Shown here one piece after another: positions 45,528-56,075 of a stretch of DNA of 64,000 bases. Both the position numbers and the translations under genes were made by a program. Positions within the stretch are counted from its first letter, which is position 1; each line of letters begins with the position of its first letter. The DNA comes from Gammaproteobacteria bacterium (GTDB lineage Bacteria; Pseudomonadota; Gammaproteobacteria; JBCCGL01), in NCBI GenBank assembly GCA_965277715.1, contig OZ255836.1, positions 1,312,001-1,376,000 on the forward strand. Direction: 5' to 3'. The notes below the pieces were generated by a model. It saw only the letters and a program-made list of their open reading frames with translations, was not told the DNA's origin and did no database searches.

Positions 45528-46112
45528 TCAATTCAAACCACCCACCGTATTACGGATATAAACACTGAGACCTTCCAACCGATCCAACGGATCACCACAC
45601 ACAAACATAGCCTGCCGACGTTGCCCAGGAACCGGCAACAACTCCAGCAAGCGGCTGCCCACCCACAGCGCATCATCAAACTGGGGCGCTGAAAGCTGTT
45701 TATCCCACCTCATCTGTTTAAACACACGCTCCAGCAACCGTCCCAACACGCGGTACTTATCCGGTAGCGGGCATGGATTTTCCGCTGCCAACAACTGCAC
45801 TTCCCCCATCAACAAATCATCTGTCATAACATTCATCGATTGCACAGAAAATTTTTGCTGCCCTTCAACCAATACATTGAGCAAACCATCGCTACCTTTA
45901 TCCCAATCGACAATATGCACCAATGTACCGTTGGGATATGGCATGGCGGCAACGCCCACCTCACTGCCCTCACGAATCTGACATACACCAAAATGACTGG
46001 ATTGCCGAAAACACTCACTCACCATATCCAGATAACGCGGCTCAAAAATACGCAGCGGTAACTGGCCACCCGGCATAAGCAACGAGTGTAAAGGAAATAA
46101 TGGCAACTGCAT
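45528..46112 (-). CDS. LON peptidase substrate-binding domain protein
   Basis: MQLPLFPL..LMPGGQLPLRIFEPRYLDMV. Confidence 0.9.
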   Translation of the reverse strand: MQLPLFPLHSLLMPGGQLPLRIFEPRYLDMVSECFRQSSHFGVCQIREGSEVGVAAMPYPNGTLVHIVDWDKGSDGLLNVLVEGQQKFSVQSMNVMTDDLLMGEVQLLAAENPCPLPDKYRVLGRLLERVFKQMRWDKQLSAPQFDDALWVGSRLLELLPVPGQRRQAMFVCGDPLDRLEGLSVYIRNTVGGLN

Positions 46113-46117
46113 AACGA

Positions 46118-46741
46118 TCAGCCAGGCTGCACACCCCAACGCGGCATTAGCGTTTGCTCAATACCCAGTTGATCGAGCACACGGGCCACCACAAAATCGA
46201 CCAGGTCCCCGACGTTCTGTGGCTGATTATAAAACCCAGGATTAGGCGGCATAATCGTCACACCAAGGCGTGATAGTTTAAGCATATTCTCCAGATGAAT
46301 CGCCGAAAATGGCATCTCACGCGGCATCAAAATAAGCGGCTTGCGCTCTTTGAGCGACACATCTGCCGCCCGCTCAATCAGATTGTCACACGCACCACTC
46401 GCAATCGCCGACAGACTGCCGGTAGTACACGGGCACACCACCATCGCATCGGCCACCCCCGAACCACTGGCTACCGGTGCCGTCCACTGCGATTCACCAA
46501 ACACCTGCAAGCGATGCGTATCAACCTGGTGTTTATCACACAAATACGCCTGAATCTCCGCATTGCGCGCCGGGAGGTTCCAATCTGTTTCCATGCCGGC
46601 AACCACCTGTGCCGCCTTGGAAAACATCAAATAAACATCCCGATTAGCCCGTAACAGGCACTCAAGCAAGCGCATCGAATATTGAATACCCGATGCACCG
46701 GTGACCGCCAGAGCAATTGTTTTGTTATTGTTTTGTGTCAT
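46118..46741 (-). CDS. ubiX: Flavin prenyltransferase UbiX
   Basis: TGASG, ASGS, NLIERAADVSLKERK, PREMP, PGFY. Confidence 0.95.
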   Translation of the reverse strand: MTQNNNKTIALAVTGASGIQYSMRLLECLLRANRDVYLMFSKAAQVVAGMETDWNLPARNAEIQAYLCDKHQVDTHRLQVFGESQWTAPVASGSGVADAMVVCPCTTGSLSAIASGACDNLIERAADVSLKERKPLILMPREMPFSAIHLENMLKLSRLGVTIMPPNPGFYNQPQNVGDLVDFVVARVLDQLGIEQTLMPRWGVQPG

Positions 46742-46935
46742 TTAATAAACCATAGCAAACAAACTGCGCGTTCACCTGAACAGTATAAAAAACGCTTTGT
46801 TTGCCCTGAAGGATCAAAGCGAGTATTTAACCCTGAATTAATCAGTTGAATCTACTGCGAATACTTAAAAATCTGCTCATTCCTGCCAAATACTTTTGCC
46901 TAAAGCACTTGGTAGTCGCTTGCATAAGGACAATA

Positions 46936-47248
46936 AGAAGCTGCCGATGCACTTGACGAGGCAATTCACGGGCGCATCATCGATCAAGACAACATCCCCA
47001 CCCCATCAGAACCAAGAAAAGGCGAAGGCGAACACTTAGTATCCCCACCCATTCTGACTGCGTTAAAGGCAGCCGCTTATATGCAATTTAAACAAGCAGG
47101 CATAACAAAAGTAGCCGCCGGTAAACGAGCAGGCATATCCGAAAGCCATGTTAGACGTATCCTTGACCCTAATTACAACAGTGGGGCAGATAAGTTAAAG
47201 GGCTTTATCCGGGCACTTGGCGGAAATGTACATATTACAGTTGCCTGG
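46936..47248 (+). pseudogene. 5'-truncated HicB-family antitoxin with HTH; no hicA seen
   Basis: EAADALDEAIHGRIIDQDNIPTPS...LTALKAAAYMQFKQAGITKVAAGKRAGISESHVRRILDP...ALGG; in-frame stop directly upstream and no start codon. Confidence 0.7.
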
Positions 47249-47292
47249 ACGCCATGTATTAACCTGCACACAAGTCAATACATGATGTCTGA
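47245..47292 (+). repeat. 48-bp palindromic repeat, copy 3 (degenerate ends)
   Basis: CTGGACGCCATGTATTAACCTGCACACAAGTCAATACATGATGTCTGA. Confidence 0.85.
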
Positions 47293-47361
47293 TGCATTAG
47301 CCAATAATTGCTCCAGAAAAAAGCGTTCTGGAACAATTAGCTGCAGGTTAATCCATGGAAT

Positions 47362-48987
47362 TTAGAGCTGTGGGCCAGCGCTCAACAGTGATTTTCCTTC
47401 CTCGGTATCGGTGTATTTTGCAAAGTTTTCGATAAATAACGCGGCGAGGTTCTTCGCTTTACTGTCCCATTGCGCAGTATCTCCATAGGTATCACGCGGA
47501 TCGAGAATACCCGGATCAACGCCGGTCAATGTTGTAGGCACTGTCAGATTAAAATAAGGAATAGTGCGGGTTTCAGCGTTTTCAATTTCGCCACTCAAAA
47601 TTGCATCGATAATGCCACGCGTATCCTGAATCGAAATGCGTTTACCCGAGCCATTCCAGCCTGTGTTCACCAGATACGCCTCCGCACCGACCGCCTCCAT
47701 ACGCTTCACTAACTGCTCGCCGTACCGGGTTGGGTGCAGGCTCAAAAATGCAGCGCCAAAGCAGGCAGAAAATGTCGGTGTCGGCTCGGTAATGCCGCGC
47801 TCAGTGCCCGCTAACTTGGCGGTAAAGCCAGATAAGAAGTGGTACTTGGTTTGTGCCGGTGTCAATTTTGAAACCGGTGGCAACACACCAAACGCATCGG
47901 CAGAAAGAAAAATTACTTTGCTGGCATGTCCTGCTCTGGAGGCGGGTTTAACGATATTTTCAATGTGGTAAATCGGGTAAGAGACACGGGTGTTTTCAGT
48001 TTTGCTGCTATCGGTGTAGTCGATTTTACCATCTTCACTCACACCCACATTTTCCAACAGGGCATCGCGCCGAATGGCATTGTAAATATCTGGTTCAGCA
48101 TCGCTGTTCAGGTTGATGGTTTTGGCGTAACACCCACCTTCAAAATTAAAGATGCCGTCATCATCCCAGCCATGTTCATCATCCCCAATCAATTCGCGCT
48201 TGGGGTCGGTAGACAAAGTAGTTTTACCCGTGCCGGAGAGACCAAAAAAAATCGAAACATCACCGGCCTTGCCAACATTCGCCGAGCAGTGCATCGACGC
48301 CATACCTTTTAGTGGCAACAGGTAATTCATCACCGAGAACATGCCTTTTTTCATCTCACCACCATACCAGGTGCCCGCGATAAGCTGCATACGCTCGGTC
48401 AGGTTGAAAGCGACAAAATTCTCTGAGTTGAACCCTTGTGCCTGCCAATCCGGGTTACTGGTTTTAGCACCGTTTAACACAACAAAATCGGGCTGGTAAT
48501 CCTGCAATTCCTCATCGCTGGGCCGCACAAACATATTTTTGACGAAATGCGCCTGCCAGGCGACTTCGGTGACAAAACGCACACTCAAGCGCGTATCCCG
48601 ATTGGCACCACAAAAGGTGTCAACCACAAACAGGCGTTTTCCCGATAGCTGACGGGTAATTAGCCCTTTAAAATGTGCCCAGTGTTCAGGGGTAATCGGT
48701 TTGTTGTCATTTTTGCCCTGATCAGACCACCAGAATGTGCCACGCGTCGTGTCATCACGCACAATGTACTTATCCTTGGGTGAACGCCCTGTAAACACGC
48801 CGGTATCCACCGCCACTGCCCCCGATTCGCTCACGATGCCGCGCTCAAACCCCTTCAAATCAGGCCGGGTTTCCTCGATAAATAACTGTTCATACGATGG
48901 GTTGTAAATAATTTCACTGGGGTTCGTGATACCCCAAGGACTGAGATCGATCATGGGAGGCTCAGAGGTCGTGGCTGAGAGGGTCAT
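47362..48987 (-). CDS. pckA: Phosphoenolpyruvate carboxykinase (ATP)
   Basis: [44 protein letters not shown]. Confidence 0.98.
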   Translation of the reverse strand: MTLSATTSEPPMIDLSPWGITNPSEIIYNPSYEQLFIEETRPDLKGFERGIVSESGAVAVDTGVFTGRSPKDKYIVRDDTTRGTFWWSDQGKNDNKPITPEHWAHFKGLITRQLSGKRLFVVDTFCGANRDTRLSVRFVTEVAWQAHFVKNMFVRPSDEELQDYQPDFVVLNGAKTSNPDWQAQGFNSENFVAFNLTERMQLIAGTWYGGEMKKGMFSVMNYLLPLKGMASMHCSANVGKAGDVSIFFGLSGTGKTTLSTDPKRELIGDDEHGWDDDGIFNFEGGCYAKTINLNSDAEPDIYNAIRRDALLENVGVSEDGKIDYTDSSKTENTRVSYPIYHIENIVKPASRAGHASKVIFLSADAFGVLPPVSKLTPAQTKYHFLSGFTAKLAGTERGITEPTPTFSACFGAAFLSLHPTRYGEQLVKRMEAVGAEAYLVNTGWNGSGKRISIQDTRGIIDAILSGEIENAETRTIPYFNLTVPTTLTGVDPGILDPRDTYGDTAQWDSKAKNLAALFIENFAKYTDTEEGKSLLSAGPQL

Positions 48988-49246
48988 TGGTTCTCCAAAA
49001 GACTATACAAAAATAGCGAGACCTTAGCGGCAATTGTTTTTATCTTCAACGTTTATTGTAGCGATTAACAAATACTAATCATCGTAATGATTCAACTCAC
49101 ACCTGATATGTCCGGTTTCTGTGTTAAGCGTGCTCATTTACACATGTAAACGGCGCGCTCTTGCCTTGAATCCACACAAATCAAGCGCACGCTGAACAAT
49201 TCGACATTGGGTTGAATAATGGGATTACTTTTGTGGCCAAAGCCTA

Positions 49247-51316
49247 TCACGCAGCTAATTCACGCCACGGAGCCACGTCAACCCGCGCATCGTTGTAGCA
49301 CGCACCATCGGCAATATCCGATTTGTGGCCCGCAATCAATGCATTACTGGTCTGCCCTGTACGGCTGGTACGCAGCCAGGCACCCTTCGGTGAACACACA
49401 ACCCCCGGGCAAACAGCATCACTGATTTTTACCCGTAAGTTCACTTCCCCCAAATCATTCCACACACGCACTTCACTGTGGTTAGATAAGTTGCGGCTGG
49501 CGGCATCGACTGGGTGTATCTCAATCCACTCGCTATTGTCACTGTCCGGGGATCCACCAAACGTCGCATTAGTGCGCAAATTAGATGAAGGGGTTATCAG
49601 CATCAACGGAAATGATGAATGATAGCCCCGATAACTTGGCAGCCCCTGCTGATAAGCCGCTTCCAATGCCGCCGAATAAAGCTCCACTTTACCACTGGGA
49701 GTGGCGGGAGACACATTTTCAAACAAGTTGGGAGGGCGGGATTCAATCAGCATGGGTAACACCTGATCACGTGCCAACTGTGTTGGTCTGGTGCCGTTCA
49801 TGCGTTGATCGTCAAGATCAAATGCCTCGTCCATCAAGGTTTCATCGCTGGCCGCAAACAGACTGTCATCAAACCCAAACCGTGCGGCAAGTCGGCGAAA
49901 AATCTCTGTATTAGGCAGGGATTCACCGACCGGCGGAATCACTGGCTCGGCACGCTGTAGATAGCCATGCCCGTAGGCAGCGTATATATCATTGTGTTCA
50001 AAGTGGCTACAGGCAGGCAAAATGACATCGGCATAGGCCAGGCTGTCGGTCATCACGACATCACAGCCAACCGTAAACAACGATTCGCTGGCCAGCGCAC
50101 GGCGCATACGGTGTTGATCCGGGTGTACCGCTAGCGGATTGTGGTTATAGATAAACAAAGCGGCCACCGGAGGGGCAATATCAGCGTTTAAAATGTGCTC
50201 GGGAATATCGAGAATATTCAGCATCCGCGTTGCCTGCGCCATTAGATCCGGGCGTTGCAAACGCGCCGAGTGCGTCGGGAAGGCACTGCTGGCACCAAAA
50301 ACCAGGCCCCCTCCCTTAACACCAAATTTACCCGCCAGTGCAGGCAATGCCGCCGCTGCACGCACACCACTGCCACCATTGCGGTTGCGCTCAACCGCGA
50401 CCCCGACAACCATTGAGGCAGGCGACAATCGATGGTACATCTCAGCGAAATCACGAATGGACTGCTCACTCACCCCGCAAATATCAGCGACCTGTGCCAG
50501 TGAATAACTGTGCGCACGCGCCAGGTAAGCATCCAGCCCCAATAGCCACTGATCGGCAAATGCTGTATCAATTCCCCCCAGCCGCTCCAGCTCAGTGGCA
50601 ATTGCCCAGCCCAACAGCACATCCGTACCCGGCCTGATGGCTAAATGTAAATCAGCCTGCTCAGCCACTTTAATGCGTTTAGGGTCGATGACAACCAGCT
50701 TTGCCCCACACTCGCGTGCCCGTTTTATAGCCCGCTGCATATGCAGGTTAGAGACCGTGATATTGGCACCCCACACCACAATTAAGCGGGAAAATGCCAC
50801 CTCTTCTGGCAACATCCCCGGTACATCACCGTACAAACTGGTAAACGCACAGTCCTGAACACCGGCACACAACGGCCCACGATCAAGCTGCGAGGCACCC
50901 AGCTTGTGAAAGAAGCGCATGTCCATAGAACCACCAGCCAGTTGGCCATGTGGCCCGGAATAATTAAACGGTACAACGGATTCACTCCCGTATTTTTCAA
51001 CAGCAGCGCTGATACCCTCGTGCACCAGATCCAGTGCCTGTGGCCAACTGATCGGCGCAAACTCACCGCTGCCTTTACTGCCCACGCGCCGCATAGGGGT
51101 TTTCAAACGGTATTTTCCGTGTACAAAATCCGGGTAACCTTTAGCTACTTTTGCACAAATAACACCGGCTGTATAAGGGTTGGTGTGTGAGCCACGCACA
51201 TCGATAATAAGGTCATTGCTAACCGTTACCGATAAACTACAGGTATCCGGGCAATCGAGTGGACACACACTCGGTAATACCTGAACATGGTCAGTGTTTC
51301 TATTTTCAATGCCCAT
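49247..51316 (-). CDS. Molybdopterin (bis-MGD) oxidoreductase, stand-alone catalytic subunit, YoaE-like
   Basis: CPLDCPDTC...C Fe-S motif, WGAN, VIDP, ADVILPA, C-terminal MGD-binding domain; start adjusted to ATG 51316. Confidence 0.85.
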   Translation of the reverse strand: MGIENRNTDHVQVLPSVCPLDCPDTCSLSVTVSNDLIIDVRGSHTNPYTAGVICAKVAKGYPDFVHGKYRLKTPMRRVGSKGSGEFAPISWPQALDLVHEGISAAVEKYGSESVVPFNYSGPHGQLAGGSMDMRFFHKLGASQLDRGPLCAGVQDCAFTSLYGDVPGMLPEEVAFSRLIVVWGANITVSNLHMQRAIKRARECGAKLVVIDPKRIKVAEQADLHLAIRPGTDVLLGWAIATELERLGGIDTAFADQWLLGLDAYLARAHSYSLAQVADICGVSEQSIRDFAEMYHRLSPASMVVGVAVERNRNGGSGVRAAAALPALAGKFGVKGGGLVFGASSAFPTHSARLQRPDLMAQATRMLNILDIPEHILNADIAPPVAALFIYNHNPLAVHPDQHRMRRALASESLFTVGCDVVMTDSLAYADVILPACSHFEHNDIYAAYGHGYLQRAEPVIPPVGESLPNTEIFRRLAARFGFDDSLFAASDETLMDEAFDLDDQRMNGTRPTQLARDQVLPMLIESRPPNLFENVSPATPSGKVELYSAALEAAYQQGLPSYRGYHSSFPLMLITPSSNLRTNATFGGSPDSDNSEWIEIHPVDAASRNLSNHSEVRVWNDLGEVNLRVKISDAVCPGVVCSPKGAWLRTSRTGQTSNALIAGHKSDIADGACYNDARVDVAPWRELAA

Positions 51317-51362
51317 CACGTCGCTCAATACTCCAGTGGTTGTTTTCAACTTGCCTCTCTTC

Positions 51363-51515
51363 TTACGTATCGTCACTACTCCCATCAGTACAATCAACCA
51401 GAACATCTGGATAGTAATAATTCCCTTCCACTTTTACTTTCATATCAGACGCAAGTGGTTCGCACGGGCTACTGTCAAGATGAATGCTAAATTGCTTCAA
51501 CACATTTCTCATTAA
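51363..51515 (-). pseudogene. Uma2/DUF820 endonuclease fragment
   Basis: HLDSSPCEPLASDMKVKVEGNYYYPDVLVDC is the typical Uma2 SDMKV..YYPDV.V.C segment; both ends missing. Confidence 0.65.
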
Positions 51516-51802
51516 CAAGCTCTCCGACCAAGTGCTCCTCTTCGCTAATGCGATCTGCCTTTTTAGCAATCGCCATAAACTTAATTATCCTTATAAAGTG
51601 CAGCCTAAGATACTTTACCACCTCAGAGAGTGTCAGAAAACACTGCAAGTCAAGGCGAGGCAAGTCGAAAACCAGATTGCCCTTCAGCTCCAGTCCAGGA
51701 GCAGTTTACTTAATGTGGCAATTCCGAGGATAATGCTAACGCCAGACCACTCCGATCCCCGGCAAATTTGAACACCAAATAAGGCAACCATTAGCTCCCC
51801 AA

Positions 51803-53197
51803 ATGCCCACACATCATTTAGCCGTTACCTGGCGTGAAATCCTTACCCGCGAATACGCCGCAAAAATCATCACGCTGTGCATGGCGGTTTGGCTACACGC
51901 AGCAAACTCGATGCTCACCGCGACCACTATGCCCAGCGCGGTCGAGGAAATTGGTGGGCTGAATTTAATCAGTTGGACATTTGCGCTGTATTTGATGGGT
52001 TCTATCTGTGCGGGGGCAAGTGCCAGTCTGCTGGTACAAAAACGCGGCCTGCGCACCACGATGATTCGCGCCGCATTGCTCTATACGCTTGGTTGTGGGG
52101 TCTGTGCGCTGGCCCCCAATATGCCTGTTGTACTGATTGGGCGAATTTTACAAGGACTGGGCGGTGGCGGCCTGGTGGCACTGGTATATATTTCACAAGA
52201 CCGTTTTTTCCCCAACCGTTTTGTACCCAAAATCGTCGCGTGTATCTCGGTAGTGTGGATGCTTTCATCATTCTGTGGGCCGGTAATTGGTGGGGCTTTT
52301 GCCACCTGGGGCCTATGGCGCTATGCCTATTGGGCGTTTGCATTGCAGGCACTGCTATTGGCCCTGGCTATTCGTTATTTACTCAGGCATGAAGCAAAGC
52401 CCGAAATGGGCAATCCAACAGCGCGTATACCATTTGTCCGTTTGTCTTTCCTGGCGACAGCGATTCTGCTGGTATCGATGGCCAGCGCAGATTTCGACCC
52501 AGTTACATCGCCCCTGATGGTTCTATTGGGTTGTGTTGCACTCTGTTTCTTTGTTTTGCGGGACAAAAAGGCAACGGTAGGCCGCATGCTGCCCAGCAAT
52601 GTCACCGATCTCTCACAGGCACTTGGCAACGGCATTCTCACCACCCTATTGCTGTGCCTGTGCATCATGTCGTTTCTCGTTTACGGCCCTCTGATTTTAA
52701 TCAAGCTCTATGCGTTAACGCCACTGACAGCGGGGTTTATCGTTATGCTCGAATCGATTGCCTGGGGTTGTGCCAGTATTATCTTCTCCGGCACCCGCGC
52801 AGAAAATGAACCCCGGTTGATCCGTGTGGGCAGCAGTATGGTGGTGTTTGGCCTGATGGGCATGTCCATCGCACTACCGCATGGCCCTGTGTGGGCAATC
52901 ATCGGCGCATTAATTATCGGCAACAGTGGTTTTGGCATGATGTGGGGGTTTATTATCAAACGTATTATCGGTGCGGCCAGTACAGACGATAAAGACCGTA
53001 CCTCCTCGGCGATACCCATTACTCAACAAGTGGGGTTTGCATTGGGCGCAGCACTTAGTGGTTTACTTGCAAACGGTCTCGGGTTCAGTGAATCATCCAG
53101 CGCGCAGGCGGTGAGTGTTATTGCGTTTTGGTTGTTTGCCGGATTTGTGCCGGTAGCACTTATCGCTAACGGAATAGCGTGGCGGTTTACCCGTTAA
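51803..53197 (+). CDS. MFS transporter, DHA2-like (about 14 TM segments)
   Basis: Hydrophobic throughout; TTMPSAVEEIGG, GRILQGLGGG, GPVIGG, WRYAYW. Confidence 0.88.
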   Translation: MPTHHLAVTWREILTREYAAKIITLCMAVWLHAANSMLTATTMPSAVEEIGGLNLISWTFALYLMGSICAGASASLLVQKRGLRTTMIRAALLYTLGCGVCALAPNMPVVLIGRILQGLGGGGLVALVYISQDRFFPNRFVPKIVACISVVWMLSSFCGPVIGGAFATWGLWRYAYWAFALQALLLALAIRYLLRHEAKPEMGNPTARIPFVRLSFLATAILLVSMASADFDPVTSPLMVLLGCVALCFFVLRDKKATVGRMLPSNVTDLSQALGNGILTTLLLCLCIMSFLVYGPLILIKLYALTPLTAGFIVMLESIAWGCASIIFSGTRAENEPRLIRVGSSMVVFGLMGMSIALPHGPVWAIIGALIIGNSGFGMMWGFIIKRIIGAASTDDKDRTSSAIPITQQVGFALGAALSGLLANGLGFSESSSAQAVSVIAFWLFAGFVPVALIANGIAWRFTR

Positions 53198-53269
53198 TTC
53201 GAGCGAAATTTAATCATTAAGCCTATTGCCGAAATATAACCACCTAAACCCGACAGGCTCCTGATATGC

Positions 53270-53439
53270 GGCTCTTCCCCGGTTTGTGTGAGGTTATAGT
53301 ATTTCATCCCCCTTTGCTTATTGAGAGAATCTGATGTTATCCAGCCTTGAAGAACACTACAGTCAGCTCCTTGGTCTGACAGATGACGGGTCGGTGGCAT
53401 CAGTTGATTTAGACCCATCAGGGTTAAAAGTATCCATTT
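53270..53439 (+). mobile_element. ISL3-family left-end fragment
   Basis: GGCTCTTCCCCGGTTTGTGTG..., near-identical to 54541-54708; includes the first ~35 transposase codons. Confidence 0.85.
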
Positions 53440-54203
53440 ATTCCAATCTCGCCAGCCCCGCAGTCTACACCCCAGAAAGTGATGCGGTGTCACCACTGCT
53501 TGCTATCACACCGGCAACACTGGTGATTAACAGCATTGTCTCGGACAACGCTATAGGTGGTAAAAACACGCTGGAATTCCACTACCAGGGCTATAAAACC
53601 CACCGTGAAGATGGTGCTGTTGGTTACCACAAGATAGAGAAACGCAATCTCACCAGCGGCCTCACTACCTTGACCGAGTACAGCACCGATGAGCTGCTAA
53701 AAGGCACACCAGTGCGCGTGACCCAGCATTCTAACGGCCAGCTGATAAGCGAAACCGCCTCCACTCACGAAGAAATAACCGACCCACTTACCGGTCGGGA
53801 GCGCGCTCGTGTTAGCTATTCTGTAGAGCACGATTACGCACTCGATGGCAACCTGATAAAAACCGAGGAAACCCACTACCACGCATACAACGCTTTCGAC
53901 CAGCTGCTGCGCTTGGAAACGGTTACCCGTGGTGCTGATGGTATCGAGTATCGCCAGCTTACTGAGAGTAGCTACCTCAACGACGAGGCCGAGTGGGTAC
54001 TGGCCAAACCCTTAATAATAGAAGCTACCCACTCCGTGCCAGGTGACACCAAAAAACGCGCCACCGCGTTCAGCTACTACCCCAACGGCGCCCTGCGCAC
54101 TGAAACCATACAGCCCGGTCACCCATTGGCCCTGGAAAGTACCTTTAGCTATAACACCGAAGGTAATCTCACACAGCCCCTCATCATCACAGAATGCTGG
54201 TAG
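53440..54203 (+). pseudogene. Rhs/YD-repeat toxin fragment (TcdB mid-N-like region), fused in frame to the ISL3 transposase start
   Basis: SDNAIGGKNTLEFHYQG...GYHKIEKRNLTSGLTTLTEY, YNAFDQL, FSYYPNGAL, FSYNTEGNL. Confidence 0.7.
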
Positions 54204-54503
54204 CAGAGGTTTCTTAGTAGGCTCTTCGGTCCAAGGCAACCCATAAGATATGAGGTTTCAATAAATATTAGTATGAATGTAGAAGACTCTACCTTTATTG
54301 ATGTTAATTCAAAGAGTTTTTCCCCCAGCCTTACAAGAGTACTGGCTCATGAGCTTGGCCATGTTTATATTTTATCAAAATATGGTTTTGTGGGATTTTC
54401 TGCAAATTACCACGGAGCTATAACATATGAAAATAAAATTGCGAGTCAGTTAGATCCGCAAGCTCCGATTAGGCATCCATCACTTGGGCACGAAAGGTTC
54501 TGA
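54204..54503 (+). pseudogene. Polymorphic-toxin C-terminal zinc metallopeptidase tip
   Basis: Same frame as the Rhs fragment, separated by one TAG (54201-54203); VLAHELGH plus downstream YENKI; AT-rich. Confidence 0.65.
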
Positions 54504-54504
54504 T

Positions 54505-54540
54505 ATGGTATTACCTAAGCTATGGGGGTGTATTTTTTTG
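54505..54540 (+). pseudogene. 5' end of putative immunity gene, cut by ISL3
   Basis: ATG one base after the toxin stop; MVLPKLWGCIF joins in frame to 59764-59456 on the minus strand. Confidence 0.55.
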
Positions 54541-55836
54541 GTTCTTCCCCGGTTTGTGTGAGGTTATAGTATTTCATCCCCCTTTGCTATTGAGAGACTT
54601 TGGTGCTATCGAGCCTTGAAGAACACTACAGCCAGCTCATAGGCCTGACAGATGACTGGTCAGTGGTGTCAGTTGATTTAGACCCTTCAGGGTTAAAAGT
54701 ATCCATTTCGTTGGCGTTTAGCGGCAACCACGGCCCTTGTTCGCACTGTGGCGAAGTGAGTCTGCTCTATGATCACCGTTCACAAGAGCGATCCTGGAGA
54801 CACCTGGATACTATGCAGTTTGAAACGCGCCTACACAGTCGCATTCCCCGAGTAAATTGTCTGGAGCATGGTGTTAAAAGTATGGCGTTACCCTGGGCAA
54901 GCAAGCGCAGTCGTTTTACGTTGTTGTTTGAATTATTTTCTATCAGGGTGTTGCAAGCCTCACGTAGTGTCGAAGAGGCGCGTAAGTTACTGGGGCTTAG
55001 CTGGAACGCAGTGGAAGCCATCAAAGTCCGCGCTGTCGAACGGGGACTTTCGCGTCGGGAATTGGTGACAATTGAGTGTCTGGGTGTTGATGAGAAGTCC
55101 CACCGTAAAGGGCATGACTATGTGACGCTCATCAATGATATCGATGGAGGGCGAGTATTGGATGGAGTGAAAGATCACACCCAGGAAGCTTGTGAGGAGG
55201 CGTTGGAGGTTGCGCTGACGGATAACCAGCGAGAACAGGTGAAAGCTGTCGCGATTGATAGGTGGCCTGCGTTCATTAATGCTGTTGAGGTAAAACTGTC
55301 AGACAGTGCGATTGTTCACGACCGTTTTCATATTAGCCAACACCTGAATAAGGATGAACATAGAGACCTTTTGTCACAGGGCGATACCCGGTTGAAAAAG
55401 AGTCGTTATCACTGGTTAAAAAACGAAGAAAGTTTGTCTGACAAAGCAGCCGAGCACTTTGAATCACTCAAGCATGATCAGTTATTGACAGCCCGAGCTT
55501 GGGCGATAAAAGAACTGTTTCGTGATTTCTGGATGTATAAGACAGCGGGTTGGGCAAAGCGTTTCTTTGACGAGTGGTATTCATGGGCAATTCGGTGCTG
55601 ATTGGACAGCATAAAAAAAGTGGCCAAGATGATAAAAACGCACATGCCGAACATATTGACATGGTTTAAGCACACAATAAGTAATGCCGTGTCAGAGGGT
55701 TTGAATTCAAAAATTCAGACAGTCAAATCGAATGCAAGAGGGTTTCGTTCGTTTGAAAGTTACCGGCGGAGTATTTTGTTTTACTGCGGAAAGCTGGATA
55801 TGGAACCAGTGGCTTCACAATAATCGGGGAAGAACC
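54541..55836 (+). mobile_element. ISL3-family insertion sequence; transposase (54600-55823) interrupted by TGA at 55599-55601
   Basis: Ends GGTTCTTCCCCG...CGGGGAAGAACC; zinc finger CSHC...CLEH, WRHLD, GVDE, DRFH, SNAVSEGLNSKIQ..K..ARGFR. Confidence 0.93.
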
Positions 55837-56063
55837 CATAAAAAAAGTGGCCAAGATGATAAAAACGCACATGCCGAACATATTGACATGGTTTAAGCAC
55901 ACAATAAGTAATGCCGTGTCAGAGGGTTTGAATTCAAAAATTCAGACAGTCAAATCGAATGCAAGAGGGTTTCGTTCGTTTGAAAGTTACCGGTGGAGTA
56001 TTTTGTTTTGCTGCGGAAAGCTGGATAGGGAACCAGTGGCTTCACAATAATCGGGGAAGAACC
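55837..56063 (+). repeat. 227-bp tandem duplication of the ISL3 3' end including the right inverted repeat
   Basis: Near-identical to 55610-55836 with a few substitutions. Confidence 0.92.
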
Positions 56064-56075
56064 GCTTTGTTATAC
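56064..56075 (-). other. Truncated attC of cassette 5 (R'' box and spacer only, cut by ISL3)
   Basis: Minus strand GTATAAC-AAAGC then IS end; complementary to cassette start GTTATAC at 56427-56421. Confidence 0.75.

Noticed and set aside
45290-45906. Diversity-generating retroelement TR/VR pair
   Set aside because: Differences are not adenine-specific and are mostly synonymous; no reverse transcriptase gene in the window
47081-47365. 94-aa ORF as an intact HTH regulator
   Set aside because: It is the C-terminal half of a hicB relic reading through the inserted palindrome
54201-54203. Programmed TAG readthrough in the Rhs frame
   Set aside because: The locus is fragmented by IS insertions and deletions; pseudogenisation is the simpler explanation
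55599-55601. Selenocysteine or programmed readthrough at the transposase TGA
   Set aside because: The sister copy at about 60000 has CGA (Arg); a simple C-to-T nonsense change
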